From Escherichia phage 308Ecol101PP: a DNA stretch of 64,000 bases. The stretch lies in sequence record OR062945.1; one strand, written 5' to 3'. The notes beneath the pieces are model-generated. The model was not told the origin of the DNA. It ran no database searches and was given only the letters and a program-made list of their open reading frames with translations. Below are positions 1 through 10,533 of this stretch, piece by piece; the first letter of the stretch is position 1, and each line of letters opens with the position of its first letter. The translations under genes and the position numbers were made by a program.

Positions 1-1
1 T

Positions 2-82
2 TGTCCGCCTATTGTAAAGGCAGACCCAAAACAACTCGTGTGGGTCGATTCATTTCAAGTTAAGAAATGGTGGAAACGATGA
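2..82 (+). CDS. 3-prime end of an upstream gene (partial)
   Basis: Open frame from window edge to TGA at 80-82 (...VWVDSFQVKKWWKR*); start outside window. Confidence 0.3.
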   Translation, partial: CPPIVKADPKQLVWVDSFQVKKWWKR

Positions 83-121
83 GAGAAATCGATTTAGGTA
101 TTTTCTGAGAGGTGATTATGC

Positions 122-295
122 ATGACGAACGACCTGACCTCTGAAAATTTCGATAAAATCCGTAAAGGCAAAGCAGAAAGAATGAGACGTTTTAAAGAGT
201 CTTATGATAAAGCTAAAGCCGAAGGAACTATTACATACAAGCCCATTCGATTTAAAAGTTCAAATGAGCCTCTGTACGGTGTACTATGTGGATAG
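122..295 (+). CDS. small hypothetical protein (57 aa)
   Basis: ATG at 122 preceded by GAGAGGTGA; ends TAG 293-295; followed by terminator hairpin; below ORF-track size cutoff. Confidence 0.35.
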   Translation: MTNDLTSENFDKIRKGKAERMRRFKESYDKAKAEGTITYKPIRFKSSNEPLYGVLCG

Positions 296-318
296 GAACT
301 CTTCGGAGTTCCTTTTTT
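295..318 (+). terminator. intrinsic terminator, UUCG tetraloop hairpin plus T-run
   Basis: GGAACTC-TTCG-GAGTTCC followed by TTTTTT. Confidence 0.7.
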
Positions 319-364
319 GCTTTATAAACGGATGATAGAATGAATTAACTAATGAGGAAATAAT

Positions 365-1384
365 ATGAAAATTTTGCACTTAGGCGACTTCCATATCGGA
401 GTCAAACAAGATGACCCATGGGTTCAAGATATTCAACGTGATGGTATTCGTCAAGCAATTGAATACTCTAAGAAACACGGGATTAAAACTTGGATTCAGT
501 ACGGTGATTGGTTTGACGTCCGTAAAGCAATAACACATCGTACAATGGAATTCAATCGTGAAATCGTTGATATGATTTCTAAAGCAGGCATTCACGTTCA
601 TGTCACGATAGGAAACCACGACATGGCGTTTAAGAATACAATAACACCTAACACTGTTTCTGAATTGTTAACTCAATTTGAAAACTTTACTATTTATGAG
701 CATCCAACTACTGTAGATTTTGACGGATGTCTGATTGATATCGTTCCATGGATGTGTGAAGAAAATACGGGTGAAATCTTAGAGCACATCAAGACTTCTT
801 CTGCTGCGTATTGTGTTGGGCACTGGGAACTGAATGGCTTTTATTTCTATAAAGGAATGAAGTCTCATGGGCTTGAACCTGATTTCTTAAAGACCTATAA
901 ACAAGTCTGGTCCGGCCACTTCCACACAATCTCTGAAGCTGCTAACGTCAAATATATTGGGACACCATGGACCCTTACTGCAGGTGATGAGAACGACCCG
1001 CGCGGATTCTGGGTATTTGACACTGATGTTGAACGTATGGAATTTATTCCTAATGAAACAACATGGCATCGACGAATCACTTATCCATTTAAAGGCAAAA
1101 TCAATTATTCTGATTATACTAATCTAGCCGTACGTGTTATAGTATCAGAAATTGATTCAGAGTTGACTAAGTTTGAATCTGAACTTGAAAAAGTAGTTCA
1201 CTCTCTTCGTATGGTTTCTAAAGTTGATAACAGTGTTGAATCTGATGACGACCAGGAAATCGAGATTAAATCACTTCAAGATATCATTAAAGAATATATT
1301 GACGCGATTCCAGATATCTCAGACGAAGACAGAGAAGCGCTGGTCAAATATTCCAACGAACTTTATATTGAGGCAACACAATGA
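365..1384 (+). CDS. 47: gp47 recombination endonuclease subunit (Mre11/SbcD-like)
   Basis: 339 aa; N-terminal MKILHLGDFHIG phosphoesterase motif, GNHD motif; SD GAGGAAA upstream; position upstream of 46. Confidence 0.95.
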   Translation: MKILHLGDFHIGVKQDDPWVQDIQRDGIRQAIEYSKKHGIKTWIQYGDWFDVRKAITHRTMEFNREIVDMISKAGIHVHVTIGNHDMAFKNTITPNTVSELLTQFENFTIYEHPTTVDFDGCLIDIVPWMCEENTGEILEHIKTSSAAYCVGHWELNGFYFYKGMKSHGLEPDFLKTYKQVWSGHFHTISEAANVKYIGTPWTLTAGDENDPRGFWVFDTDVERMEFIPNETTWHRRITYPFKGKINYSDYTNLAVRVIVSEIDSELTKFESELEKVVHSLRMVSKVDNSVESDDDQEIEIKSLQDIIKEYIDAIPDISDEDREALVKYSNELYIEATQ

Positions 1385-1638
1385 CTTTAGATGAATTTAA
1401 CAATGCTGGACTCGGGCTTGAAGTTGAAATAGACGTTAAAGATGATGATGGATTCGAGAACACTATCAAGTATTGGATTGAGCCATTACGCGTTGAAGGC
1501 AATGAAGTTAAAGCAGTTCATGTCTGCACAGACTGGGCTATTGAATTTAGCTTTAATATAATGGACAACGATACTCCTGGCTCTATTCTTAAAATGGCTG
1601 AAGCGTGTATTGAGGACGCGTATAATGACGAAGACTGA
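1381..1638 (+). CDS. hypothetical protein (85 aa)
   Basis: ATG overlaps stop of gene 47 (ATGA); acidic small protein. Confidence 0.5.
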   Translation: MTLDEFNNAGLGLEVEIDVKDDDGFENTIKYWIEPLRVEGNEVKAVHVCTDWAIEFSFNIMDNDTPGSILKMAEACIEDAYNDED

Positions 1639-1864
1639 TTATGAAATCCATCGTCATGAATTTAGTATTGGTGACGGTTATATTGGTGTCGTTGAATGGA
1701 CTGAGAATTACGAGGAATCAACTCCTCGTTTCTTTGGAACAATGTATGTTACCTGTGAGTACGCGCCAGGTGTTGTTATTTATGCAGAACTAGATGAATA
1801 TTTTGCTGATAGAGATGACATGTTAAAATATGTAGAGGACTTCATTCGAAGAGAATACATATGA
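1625..1864 (+). CDS. hypothetical protein (79 aa)
   Basis: ORF track starts at TTG 1610; ATG at 1625 with GAGGA upstream is more plausible; stop overlaps gene 46 start. Confidence 0.45.
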   Translation: MTKTDYEIHRHEFSIGDGYIGVVEWTENYEESTPRFFGTMYVTCEYAPGVVIYAELDEYFADRDDMLKYVEDFIRREYI

Positions 1865-3549
1865 AATCATTTAAATTAAATCGTGTTCGTTATCAAAACA
1901 TCATGTCGGTAGGTGGGAATCCTATTGACATCCAATTAGATAAAGTCCAAAAGACATTAATCACTGGTAAAAATGGCGGTGGTAAATCTACGATGTTAGA
2001 AGCCATTACTTTCGGACTTTTCGGTAAACCATTTCGTGATGTTAAGAAAGGGCAAATCATTAATAGCACGAACAAGAAAGAGCTCTTAGTTGAGCTTTGG
2101 ATGGAATTCGATGGTAAAAAATACTTCATTAAACGTGGCCAAAAGCCCAATATTTTCGAAATCTCCGTTGACGGTGTTCGTCTCGATGAATCTGCCAGCA
2201 GTCGTGACTTCCAAGAAGAATTTGAACGTAGCATCGGAATGTCATACGCGTCTTTTAAACAAATCGTTGTGCTTGGGACGGCAGGGTATACCCCTTTCAT
2301 GGCTCTTAGCACCCCTGCTCGTAGAAAACTTGTCGAAGACCTTTTAGAAGTCGGCACACTCGCCGAAATGGATAAAATCAATAAGTCTCAAGTTCGAGAA
2401 CTTAATTCTCAGGGACAAGTTCTTGATGCCAAGAAAGATGGTATTATCCAACAAATTAAGATTTATAATGAGAATATCGAACGTCAAAAGAAATTATCTG
2501 GTGATAATGTAGCGCGTCTACAGAATATGTATGACGACCTAGCCAAAGAAGCTCGTTCATTAAAAGCAGAAATCGAAGAAGCTAATGAGCGACTACTTAA
2601 TATCGTTCTTGATGAAGACCCTACTGAGGCATTCAACAAGATCGGACAAGAAGCATTCTTGATTAAATCTAAAATCGACTCATATAACAAAGTTATTAAG
2701 ATGTATCATGACGGTGGTACATGTCCTACTTGTGCATCGCAGTTGCACCAGGGTGATCCTATTGTCTCTAAGATTACCGATAAGCTTCACGAATGTAATC
2801 ACTCATTCGAGCAACTTACATGTCACAGAGATAATCTGAGTGTCCTAGTGGACGAATATAGAGCTAATGTTAAGACTAAACAGGACCTTGCATCTGATAT
2901 TCGTACCAAGAAACAAGCAATGATTGCCACTATTGATAAAGCTAAGAAAGTTAAAGCTGCAATAGAGCAAGCCTCAGCAGAATTTATCGACCATGCCGAT
3001 GAGATAGCTTTGCTTCAAAAAGAACTTGATAAAATCATTAAAACAAAATCAGATATCGTTCTTGAAAAATACCATCGTGGTATTATCACAGATATGTTAA
3101 AAGATTCTGGTATTAAAGGTGCTATCATTAAAAAATATGTGCCTCTGTTCAACAAGCAGATTAACCATTATCTTAAAATCATGGAAGCTGATTACGTGTT
3201 TTCTATTGATGAAGAATTCAATGAATCTATAAAATCACGTGGCCGTGAAGAGTTCAGTTATGCTTCATTTAGTCAAGGCGAAAAAGCGCGTATCGATATC
3301 GCATTGTTGTTTACATGGCGAGATATTGCTGAAAAGGTCTCTGGTGTTAGAATCAATACATTAATTATGGACGAAGTCATGGATTCCGCGACTGATTCTG
3401 AAGGTATTAAAGCTATTTCAACAATTCTTAACTCTCTAACCGATGCAAACGTGTTTATAATTAGTCACAGAGACCATGACCCACAAGCTTATGGACAACA
3501 TCTTCAAATGAGCAAAGTTGGACGATTTACTGTAATGACTGTTTCATAA
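1861..3549 (+). CDS. 46: gp46 recombination endonuclease subunit (Rad50/SbcC-like ATPase)
   Basis: 562 aa; Walker A GKNGGGKST near N-terminus, central coiled coil with CPTC zinc hook, C-terminal signature/Walker B (LIMDEV). Confidence 0.95.
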   Translation: MKSFKLNRVRYQNIMSVGGNPIDIQLDKVQKTLITGKNGGGKSTMLEAITFGLFGKPFRDVKKGQIINSTNKKELLVELWMEFDGKKYFIKRGQKPNIFEISVDGVRLDESASSRDFQEEFERSIGMSYASFKQIVVLGTAGYTPFMALSTPARRKLVEDLLEVGTLAEMDKINKSQVRELNSQGQVLDAKKDGIIQQIKIYNENIERQKKLSGDNVARLQNMYDDLAKEARSLKAEIEEANERLLNIVLDEDPTEAFNKIGQEAFLIKSKIDSYNKVIKMYHDGGTCPTCASQLHQGDPIVSKITDKLHECNHSFEQLTCHRDNLSVLVDEYRANVKTKQDLASDIRTKKQAMIATIDKAKKVKAAIEQASAEFIDHADEIALLQKELDKIIKTKSDIVLEKYHRGIITDMLKDSGIKGAIIKKYVPLFNKQINHYLKIMEADYVFSIDEEFNESIKSRGREEFSYASFSQGEKARIDIALLFTWRDIAEKVSGVRINTLIMDEVMDSATDSEGIKAISTILNSLTDANVFIISHRDHDPQAYGQHLQMSKVGRFTVMTVS

Positions 3550-3603
3550 ACGCTTTAACACGATGTGGTTATAATGACCACATCAAATTAAATGGAGAAC
3601 AAC

Positions 3604-3792
3604 ATGGAGTATTCAACTGGCCAACATCTTCTCGTTGTCCCTGAAATTAAAAAATATGTTTTGACCAATACGTTTTCAGGTGAAGAACATATTGTTACTG
3701 AACAAATGCTCAAATCTGCTTTTAAAGATGAGTATAATAAAATAATGTCTAATCGCAATTCCGCATGGACAGTTACCGACTTCTACGAATAA
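3604..3792 (+). CDS. hypothetical protein (62 aa)
   Basis: ATG at 3604 with GGAGA upstream; ORF track used earlier ATG 3592. Confidence 0.45.
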   Translation: MEYSTGQHLLVVPEIKKYVLTNTFSGEEHIVTEQMLKSAFKDEYNKIMSNRNSAWTVTDFYE

Positions 3793-3804
3793 GAGAGAAA
3801 TAAT

Positions 3805-4221
3805 ATGTTTACTACTGCTAAAGGTTTCACTGCTGCTGATCTGAAAGTTACTTCTATCCGTACTGACGCTAACCCACATAACCATAATCGTGTTCGTAAA
3901 GCATGGGTCCTGCATTGTGATGACGCAAGTGCTAAAAAACTCCAATCTTTGCCACAAGAAACTCGTTTTATGATTTATGGTTTTATTGATAACGATGTAT
4001 CTGATATGTGGATTCATCTGATGCGTAAGCACTATAAAGATTCTATTGAAGCCGGCGGAAAAATCGTTCTTGATAAAGATGGTTCTGAGCGTCTGGAAGA
4101 TCTCTACTGTGTTGATGCCGACGAACAACTAATTGCAGCTGGTGAAATTGTTGCTTCTAAAATTCCAGAATATATTGAATCACTGCCTGAAGCTATTAAA
4201 AAGCAGATGGTTGCTGCATAA
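3805..4221 (+). CDS. rpbA: RpbA-like RNA polymerase-binding protein (by position between 46 and 45)
   Basis: 138 aa ORF with SD AGAGAGAAA; occupies the rpbA slot of the T4 gene order; sequence identity not verified. Confidence 0.5.
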   Translation: MFTTAKGFTAADLKVTSIRTDANPHNHNRVRKAWVLHCDDASAKKLQSLPQETRFMIYGFIDNDVSDMWIHLMRKHYKDSIEAGGKIVLDKDGSERLEDLYCVDADEQLIAAGEIVASKIPEYIESLPEAIKKQMVAA

Positions 4222-4263
4222 TAAATTTGTTATAAACTTTGAATTGTCTTGAAAGGAAATAAA

Positions 4264-4950
4264 ATGAAACTGTCTAAAGATACTATCGCTATTCTGAAAA
4301 ACTTTGCCTCTATTAACTCCGGCATTCTGCTGAGTCAAGGTAAATTTATTATGACTCGTGCAGTTAATGGCACCACTTATGCGGAAGCAAATATCTCTGA
4401 TGAAATTGATTTTGACGTAGCACTTTATGATTTGAATAGCTTCTTAAGCATTTTGAGTCTAGTGTCTGATGATGCTGAAATTTCGATGCACACCGATGGC
4501 AATATTAAAATTGCAGATACACGTTCCACGGTTTATTGGCCTGCCGCTGACAAGAGCACCATTGTTTTTCCTAATAAGCCAATTCAATTCCCAGTGGCTT
4601 CTGTGATTACTGAAATTAAAGCCGAAGACCTTCAACAATTGCTTCGAGTTTCACGTGGTCTTCAGATTGATACAATTGCTATTACAAATAAAGATGGTAA
4701 AATTGTTATCAACGGCTATAATAAAGTTGAAGATTCTGGACTAACTCGTCCTAAGTATTCTTTGACTCTTACCGATTATGATGGTTCTAACAATTTTAAC
4801 TTCGTAATCAATATGGCTAATATGAAAATCCAGCCAGGTAACTATAAAGTAATGTTGTGGGGAGCTGGTGATAAAGTTGCAGCCAAGTTTGAAAGCTCTC
4901 AAGTAAGTTATGTTATTGCGATGGAAGCCGATTCTACTCACGACTTCTAA
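4264..4950 (+). CDS. 45: gp45 sliding clamp
   Basis: 228 aa from ATG 4264 (ORF track starts at upstream TTG 4249); MKLSKDTIAILKNF... and C-terminal ...EADSTHDF match T4 gp45 as recalled. Confidence 0.95.
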   Translation: MKLSKDTIAILKNFASINSGILLSQGKFIMTRAVNGTTYAEANISDEIDFDVALYDLNSFLSILSLVSDDAEISMHTDGNIKIADTRSTVYWPAADKSTIVFPNKPIQFPVASVITEIKAEDLQQLLRVSRGLQIDTIAITNKDGKIVINGYNKVEDSGLTRPKYSLTLTDYDGSNNFNFVINMANMKIQPGNYKVMLWGAGDKVAAKFESSQVSYVIAMEADSTHDF

Positions 4951-5025
4951 GTCAAAGCTTTACGTTTATTGTGATACGATTATGGAGGAGAAATCCTCCG
5001 GTTTAATGATAATGAGGAAAATTAC

Positions 5026-5988
5026 ATGATTACTATCAATTCCAAAGAACACATTCTAGAACAGAAATATCGTCCTTCTTCCATTGACGAATGTATTCTG
5101 CCTGCGTATGACCATGAAACATTCAAGTCTTTAGTATCTAAAGGAAAACTTCCTCATATTATTTTGCACTCTCCTTCTCCTGGTACAGGTAAAACAACCG
5201 TAGCAAAAGCATTATGTAATGATATCAATGCCGAAATGATGTTCGTCAACGGTTCTGATTGTAAGATTGATTTTGTACGGGGACCGTTAACCGCATTCGC
5301 TCGTTCAGTCTCAATGGAAGGCAAGCCTAAAGTTATTGTTATTGATGAATTTGACCGTAGTGGCCTCGCCGAATCACAACGTCACCTTCGTACGTTTATG
5401 GAAGAATTCTCTAGTAACTGCTCTATTATTATTACTGCTAACAACATCGATGGAATTATTGAACCATTACGTAGTCGTTGTCGAGTTATCGAATTCGGAC
5501 GTCCAACCGAAGAAGATAAAATCTCGATGATGAAGAAAATGATTCATCGTATGGTTGAAATCTGTAAGAACGAAAATATCGAAATCGCTGATATGAAAGT
5601 TGTTGCAGCTCTGGTTAAAAAGAACTTCCCAGACTTTCGTCGAACAATTGGCCAATTAGACCAGTACTCGTCTAAAGGTGTTCTTGATGCGGGTATTTTG
5701 TCTATCGTAACTAATGACCGTGGCACAGTCTCTGATGTTATCGAAGCAATGAAGAACAAAGATATCAAACAGCTTCGTGCATTAGCTCCAAAATATGCCG
5801 CAGATTATTCATGGTTCATCGATAAATTAGTTTCAGAATGTTATGACCAAGTTGCACCTGGTAAAAGTATTATTTCGCTTTATGAAATTGCAGGCGAAAA
5901 CAATAAGTTTCATGGATTAGCAAGTAATATTGAATTACATGTTATGTATATGCTTCTTCAACTGACCTGCGAACTGACTTGGAAATAA
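5026..5988 (+). CDS. 44: gp44 clamp loader large subunit (AAA+)
   Basis: 320 aa; Walker [11 protein letters not shown], Walker [12 protein letters not shown] motif (LRSRCRV). Confidence 0.95.
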   Translation: MITINSKEHILEQKYRPSSIDECILPAYDHETFKSLVSKGKLPHIILHSPSPGTGKTTVAKALCNDINAEMMFVNGSDCKIDFVRGPLTAFARSVSMEGKPKVIVIDEFDRSGLAESQRHLRTFMEEFSSNCSIIITANNIDGIIEPLRSRCRVIEFGRPTEEDKISMMKKMIHRMVEICKNENIEIADMKVVAALVKKNFPDFRRTIGQLDQYSSKGVLDAGILSIVTNDRGTVSDVIEAMKNKDIKQLRALAPKYAADYSWFIDKLVSECYDQVAPGKSIISLYEIAGENNKFHGLASNIELHVMYMLLQLTCELTWK

Positions 5989-5989
5989 T

Positions 5990-6553
5990 ATGAACTTATT
6001 CGATGATGACGTCCAGCTTAACGAGCACCAAATTGCATGGAAGTCTAATGACGCTGATGCGATTCAAAAATGTGCTGATATGTTTAAAGAAAAACCTGAG
6101 AATGAATTCTTTAAAATCATTAATGCTATTAATGAAAAGAAATCTATGTCAATTGCTCAGGTCGACTACTCAAAATTTATGGTTGAGAACTCATTATCCC
6201 AGTTCCCAGAATGTATGCCAGCTGTTTACATGATGAACTTAGTCGGTTCTGAATTAAGTGATGAAGCGCACTTCAACTATATGATGGCGGCAATTCCGCG
6301 TGGTCGTCGATTCTCTAAATGGGCTAAACTAGTCGAAGACACTTCAGAGTTACTAGTTATCAAACTGTTGATGAAACATTACACAATCAACATGAATGAT
6401 GCTACTGAGTATAAGCGGCTCCTTGAAAAAAATAACAAGTTGCCAATAGTCCTTAAAGAACTGAAGGCCATGGTCACTGATGAGTTTCTCAAAGAAGTTA
6501 CAAAAAATGTGAAAGAACAAAAACAATTTAAAAAATTAGCATTGGAATGGTAA
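5990..6553 (+). CDS. 62: gp62 clamp loader small subunit
   Basis: 187 aa directly downstream of 44, coupled start; matches T4 gene order and size. Confidence 0.85.
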   Translation: MNLFDDDVQLNEHQIAWKSNDADAIQKCADMFKEKPENEFFKIINAINEKKSMSIAQVDYSKFMVENSLSQFPECMPAVYMMNLVGSELSDEAHFNYMMAAIPRGRRFSKWAKLVEDTSELLVIKLLMKHYTINMNDATEYKRLLEKNNKLPIVLKELKAMVTDEFLKEVTKNVKEQKQFKKLALEW

Positions 6554-6555
6554 AA

Positions 6556-6924
6556 ATGATTGAAATTAAATTGAAGAACCCTGAAGATTTTCTGAAAGTC
6601 AAAGAGACTTTGACCCGTATGGGCATCGCTAATAACAAGGATAAAGTCCTTTACCAGTCTTGTCATATCCTCCAAAAGCAAGGTAAGTACTATATCGTCC
6701 ACTTTAAAGAAATGCTGCGTATGGACGGACGTCAGGTTGATATTGACGGTGAAGACTATCAGCGACGTGATTCGATTGCTCAGTTGCTTGAAGACTGGGG
6801 ATTGATTGTTATTGAAGACTCTGCTCGTGAAGATCTGTTTGGCCTGACTAATAACTTCCGTGTTATCTCTTTTAAACAGAAAGATGACTGGACTTTGAAA
6901 GCAAAATATACAATTGGTAATTAA
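6556..6924 (+). CDS. regA: RegA translational repressor
   Basis: 122 aa from ATG 6556 (TAAAAATG overlap with gene 62 stop); MIEIKLKNPEDFLKVKETLTRMGIANNKDKVLYQSCHILQK... matches T4 RegA as recalled. Confidence 0.85.
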   Translation: MIEIKLKNPEDFLKVKETLTRMGIANNKDKVLYQSCHILQKQGKYYIVHFKEMLRMDGRQVDIDGEDYQRRDSIAQLLEDWGLIVIEDSAREDLFGLTNNFRVISFKQKDDWTLKAKYTIGN

Positions 6925-6927
6925 AGC

Positions 6928-6947
6928 AATGGGACTTCGGTCCCATT
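6928..6947 (+). other. stable UUCG-tetraloop hairpin without T-run, regA-43 intergenic
   Basis: AATGGGAC-TTCG-GTCCCATT followed by GGAGTATAAT rather than a U-tract. Confidence 0.5.
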
Positions 6948-6977
6948 TGGAGTATAATAAGTTCATCAACAAACAAA

Positions 6978-7005
6978 AGACAATAACTCGTCTAAAGGAA
7001 ATTAA
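6978..7005 (+). promoter_or_regulatory. putative gene 43 translational operator (hairpin plus SD)
   Basis: AGAC-AAUAACUC-GUCU hairpin followed by AAAGGAAA SD just upstream of the gp43 ATG; loop resembles the T4 gene 43 operator loop as recalled. Confidence 0.45.
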
Positions 7006-9717
7006 ATGAAAGAATTTTACTTAACGGTTGAACAGATTGGTGATTCAATTTTTGAACGTTACATCGATTCTAACGGCCGTGAACGTACTCGTGAAGTAGA
7101 ATATAAACCATCACTGTTTGCTCATTGTCCAGAAAGTCAGGCTACGAAATATTTCGATATCTACGGTAAGCCGTGTACTCGTAAGTTGTTCGCCAATATG
7201 CGTGATGCCTCCCAATGGATTAAACGCATGGAAGATATCGGACTTGAAGCACTTGGCATGGATGATTTCAAATTGGCGTATTTGTCTGACACTTATAACT
7301 ATGAAATCAAATACGACCATACAAAAATTCGTGTGGCTAACTTCGACATCGAAGTAACATCTCCGGACGGGTTCCCTGAGCCGTCACAAGCAAAACATCC
7401 GATTGATGCTATCACTCATTATGACTCAATTGATGACAGGTTTTATGTATTTGACCTTTTGAATTCTCCATATGGTAATGTAGAAGAATGGTCTATTGAA
7501 ATCGCTGCTAAGCTTCAAGAACAAGGCGGTGATGAAGTTCCATCTGAAATTATCGATAAAATCATTTATATGCCGTTCGATAACGAAAAAGAATTGTTGA
7601 TGGAATATCTCAACTTCTGGCAACAGAAAACTCCTGTCATTTTGACTGGATGGAACGTTGAGTCATTTGATATTCCATATGTGTATAACCGAATCAAGAA
7701 TATTTTTGGCGAATCTACTGCGAAACGTTTATCACCACATCGTAAAACTCGTGTTAAAGTTATCGAAAACATGTATGGTTCTCGTGAAATCATTACATTG
7801 TTCGGTATCTCTGTTCTTGATTACATTGACCTTTACAAAAAATTCTCTTTTACCAATCAACCATCATATTCTCTGGATTACATTTCAGAATTTGAATTGA
7901 ACGTTGGTAAACTGAAATATGACGGCCCTATTTCTAAGCTTCGTGAAAGCAATCACCAACGATATATTTCTTATAACATTATCGACGTGTATCGTGTATT
8001 GCAAATTGATGCTAAACGTCAGTTCATCAACTTGAGTTTGGACATGGGTTATTATGCTAAGATACAGATTCAATCTGTGTTTAGCCCAATTAAAACATGG
8101 GATGCTATTATTTTTAATAGCCTTAAAGAGCAGAACAAGGTGATTCCACAAGGTCGTTCTCACCCGGTTCAACCTTATCCCGGCGCTTTTGTTAAGGAAC
8201 CTATTCCAAATCGATACAAATATGTAATGAGTTTCGACCTTACATCTCTGTATCCAAGTATTATTCGCCAAGTGAATATTAGCCCAGAAACAATAGCAGG
8301 AACGTTTAAAGTAGCTCCACTACATGATTATATTAACGCAATCGCTGAACGTCCTTCTGATGTGTACAGTTGTTCTCCTAACGGCATGATGTATTATAAA
8401 GACCGTGACGGTGTTGTTCCAACTGAAATCACTAAAGTCTTTAATCAACGTAAAGAACATAAAGGTTACATGCTTGCAGCTCAACGTAATGGCGAAATAA
8501 TTAAAGAGGCATTGCATAATCCTAATCTTTCTGTTGACGAACCATTAGATGTTGATTATCGTTTCGACTTCAGTGATGAGATTAAAGAAAAGATTAAAAA
8601 GTTGTCTGCTAAATCTCTTAATGAAATGTTGTTTAGAGCTCAACGTACTGAAGTTGCAGGTATGACTGCCCAAATTAACCGTAAATTGCTTATCAACTCA
8701 CTTTATGGTGCACTTGGCAACGTTTGGTTCCGTTATTATGATTTGCGTAATGCTACTGCAATCACAACATTCGGGCAAATGGCTTTACAGTGGATTGAAC
8801 GTAAAGTTAATGAATATCTGAATGAAGTTTGTGGCACAGAAGGTGAAGCTTTCGTTCTTTATGGTGATACAGACTCTATTTACGTATCTGCTGATAAAAT
8901 TATCGATAAGGTTGGTGAATCTAAATTCCGTGATACCAACCATTGGGTAGACTTCTTAGATAAGTTTGCACGTGAACGTATGGAACCAGCTATTGATAGA
9001 GGTTTCCGTGAAATGTGTGAATACATGAACAATAAACAACACTTAATGTTCATGGACCGAGAAGCTATCGCTGGGCCTCCACTCGGTTCTAAAGGTATTG
9101 GTGGATTCTGGACTGGTAAGAAACGTTATGCATTAAACGTGTGGGATATGGAAGGAACCAGATACGCTGAGCCTAAACTCAAAATCATGGGTCTAGAGAC
9201 TCAGAAATCTTCGACTCCTAAAGCAGTACAGAAAGCTCTTAAAGAATGTATTCGTCGTATGCTTCAAGAAGGTGAAGAATCATTACAAGAATATTTTAAA
9301 GAGTTTGAAAAAGAATTCCGTCAATTGAATTATATTAGCATCGCGTCGGTATCTTCTGCGAATAACATTGCTAAATATGATGTAGGTGGATTCCCTGGTC
9401 CTAAATGCCCGTTCCATATTCGTGGAATTCTGACGTATAACCGGGCTATCAAAGGTAATATCGATGCACCGCAAGTTGTAGAAGGTGAAAAAGTATATGT
9501 TCTGCCTTTACGTGAAGGAAACCCATTCGGTGATAAATGTATCGCATGGCCTTCTGGTACTGAAATCACAGATTTAATTAAAGACGATGTACTTCATTGG
9601 ATGGACTACACTGTTCTCCTTGAGAAGACATTTATTAAACCACTTGAAGGATTCACATCAGCAGCGAAACTCGATTACGAGAAGAAAGCATCTCTGTTCG
9701 ATATGTTCGATTTTTGA
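7006..9717 (+). CDS. 43: gp43 DNA polymerase (family B) with 3-prime to 5-prime exonuclease
   Basis: 903 aa; exo motifs FDIEV, YNIIDV; pol motifs SLYPSII, YGDTDS, KxxxNSxYG; sequence matches RB69 gp43 as I recall it. Confidence 0.98.
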   Translation: MKEFYLTVEQIGDSIFERYIDSNGRERTREVEYKPSLFAHCPESQATKYFDIYGKPCTRKLFANMRDASQWIKRMEDIGLEALGMDDFKLAYLSDTYNYEIKYDHTKIRVANFDIEVTSPDGFPEPSQAKHPIDAITHYDSIDDRFYVFDLLNSPYGNVEEWSIEIAAKLQEQGGDEVPSEIIDKIIYMPFDNEKELLMEYLNFWQQKTPVILTGWNVESFDIPYVYNRIKNIFGESTAKRLSPHRKTRVKVIENMYGSREIITLFGISVLDYIDLYKKFSFTNQPSYSLDYISEFELNVGKLKYDGPISKLRESNHQRYISYNIIDVYRVLQIDAKRQFINLSLDMGYYAKIQIQSVFSPIKTWDAIIFNSLKEQNKVIPQGRSHPVQPYPGAFVKEPIPNRYKYVMSFDLTSLYPSIIRQVNISPETIAGTFKVAPLHDYINAIAERPSDVYSCSPNGMMYYKDRDGVVPTEITKVFNQRKEHKGYMLAAQRNGEIIKEALHNPNLSVDEPLDVDYRFDFSDEIKEKIKKLSAKSLNEMLFRAQRTEVAGMTAQINRKLLINSLYGALGNVWFRYYDLRNATAITTFGQMALQWIERKVNEYLNEVCGTEGEAFVLYGDTDSIYVSADKIIDKVGESKFRDTNHWVDFLDKFARERMEPAIDRGFREMCEYMNNKQHLMFMDREAIAGPPLGSKGIGGFWTGKKRYALNVWDMEGTRYAEPKLKIMGLETQKSSTPKAVQKALKECIRRMLQEGEESLQEYFKEFEKEFRQLNYISIASVSSANNIAKYDVGGFPGPKCPFHIRGILTYNRAIKGNIDAPQVVEGEKVYVLPLREGNPFGDKCIAWPSGTEITDLIKDDVLHWMDYTVLLEKTFIKPLEGFTSAAKLDYEKKASLFDMFDF

Positions 9718-9757
9718 TATAATGACATGGACGGTAAACTAATTAAATGAGAGAAAT

Positions 9758-10393
9758 ATGAAAACTACTCCTATTACTATCGCTATTGACGCAATCATAA
9801 AACAAGCTTCTTCTTTGGCCGCTATGGCCAAAGTAATTAGTCAAAACCCTGCTCGTTATAATGCTATTCTAGAAACTCTTCGACGCCCAGGACTTAGTAA
9901 TTATGAAAGCCGAGTAATTATTACAGGTGTTGGTAAGAATGCTAATATTGCAACTAAAGCTTCTGAGACATTTGCTTCACTTGGTATCCCGAGTATGTAC
10001 TTGAACACTGGGCATTATTCTCACGGTGATGCAGGATTCATTGCGCCTAATGATGTGTTGATTCATATTAGTCGTTCTGGTAAAACTGAAGAAATGATAG
10101 GCGTGGCTAAGCATCTTAAAATGATTCGTCCGAACGTCAAACAGATTCTGTTGCATTGTAACCCGGACATTCCACAAGAATACGAAGCTCTTTTTGATTA
10201 TACGTTCTGTACAGGCATCGCAGTAGAGGTTGATGAGAATTCTCTGGCTCCGACCATGTCCACTACATTGTTGTTAGCGCTTATCGATACGTTTGCTATC
10301 AACCTTTCGTCTGAACGTGGATTTACCTCTAATGACTTCCTTAAGTTCCACCCTGGTGGTGCACTAGGTGCCATGTTACGAGGCGAACAATGA
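9758..10393 (+). CDS. SIS-domain sugar-phosphate isomerase, KdsD/GutQ-type (arabinose-5-phosphate isomerase-like), no CBS domains
   Basis: 211 aa; motifs TGVGKNANIATKASETFASLG, HGDAG, SRSGKTEE typical of KdsD-type SIS domains; not a T4 gene. Confidence 0.7.
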   Translation: MKTTPITIAIDAIIKQASSLAAMAKVISQNPARYNAILETLRRPGLSNYESRVIITGVGKNANIATKASETFASLGIPSMYLNTGHYSHGDAGFIAPNDVLIHISRSGKTEEMIGVAKHLKMIRPNVKQILLHCNPDIPQEYEALFDYTFCTGIAVEVDENSLAPTMSTTLLLALIDTFAINLSSERGFTSNDFLKFHPGGALGAMLRGEQ

Positions 10394-10533
10394 AAGCAAT
10401 AACAATAGGACTTTTACTATTGATGCTTGTCATGACTATCTACTGGAGCTTAACGGCTCCAGTAATGATTCCGACTCTTATAATCGGATGGATTATGATT
10501 GGACTACAAGCAAAGTATGAATGCTTTAACTAG
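10390..10533 (+). CDS. small hydrophobic membrane peptide (47 aa)
   Basis: ATGA overlap with SIS gene stop; MKAITIGLLLLMLVMTIYWSLTAPVMIPTLIIGWIMIGLQ...; below ORF-track cutoff. Confidence 0.4.
   Translation: MKAITIGLLLLMLVMTIYWSLTAPVMIPTLIIGWIMIGLQAKYECFN

Noticed and set aside
1893-2381. 162-aa minus-strand ORF inside gene 46
   Set aside because: Lies wholly antisense within a well-supported Rad50-like gene, has no SD and an odd composition; treated as a spurious antisense frame, as are the other short minus-strand ORFs inside genes 43, 44, 47, uvsX, 41 and rIIA.
6379-6972. 197-aa minus-strand ORF spanning the 62/regA region
   Set aside because: Overlaps two conserved + strand genes and the regA-43 hairpin; no ribosome-binding site; most likely a chance open frame.
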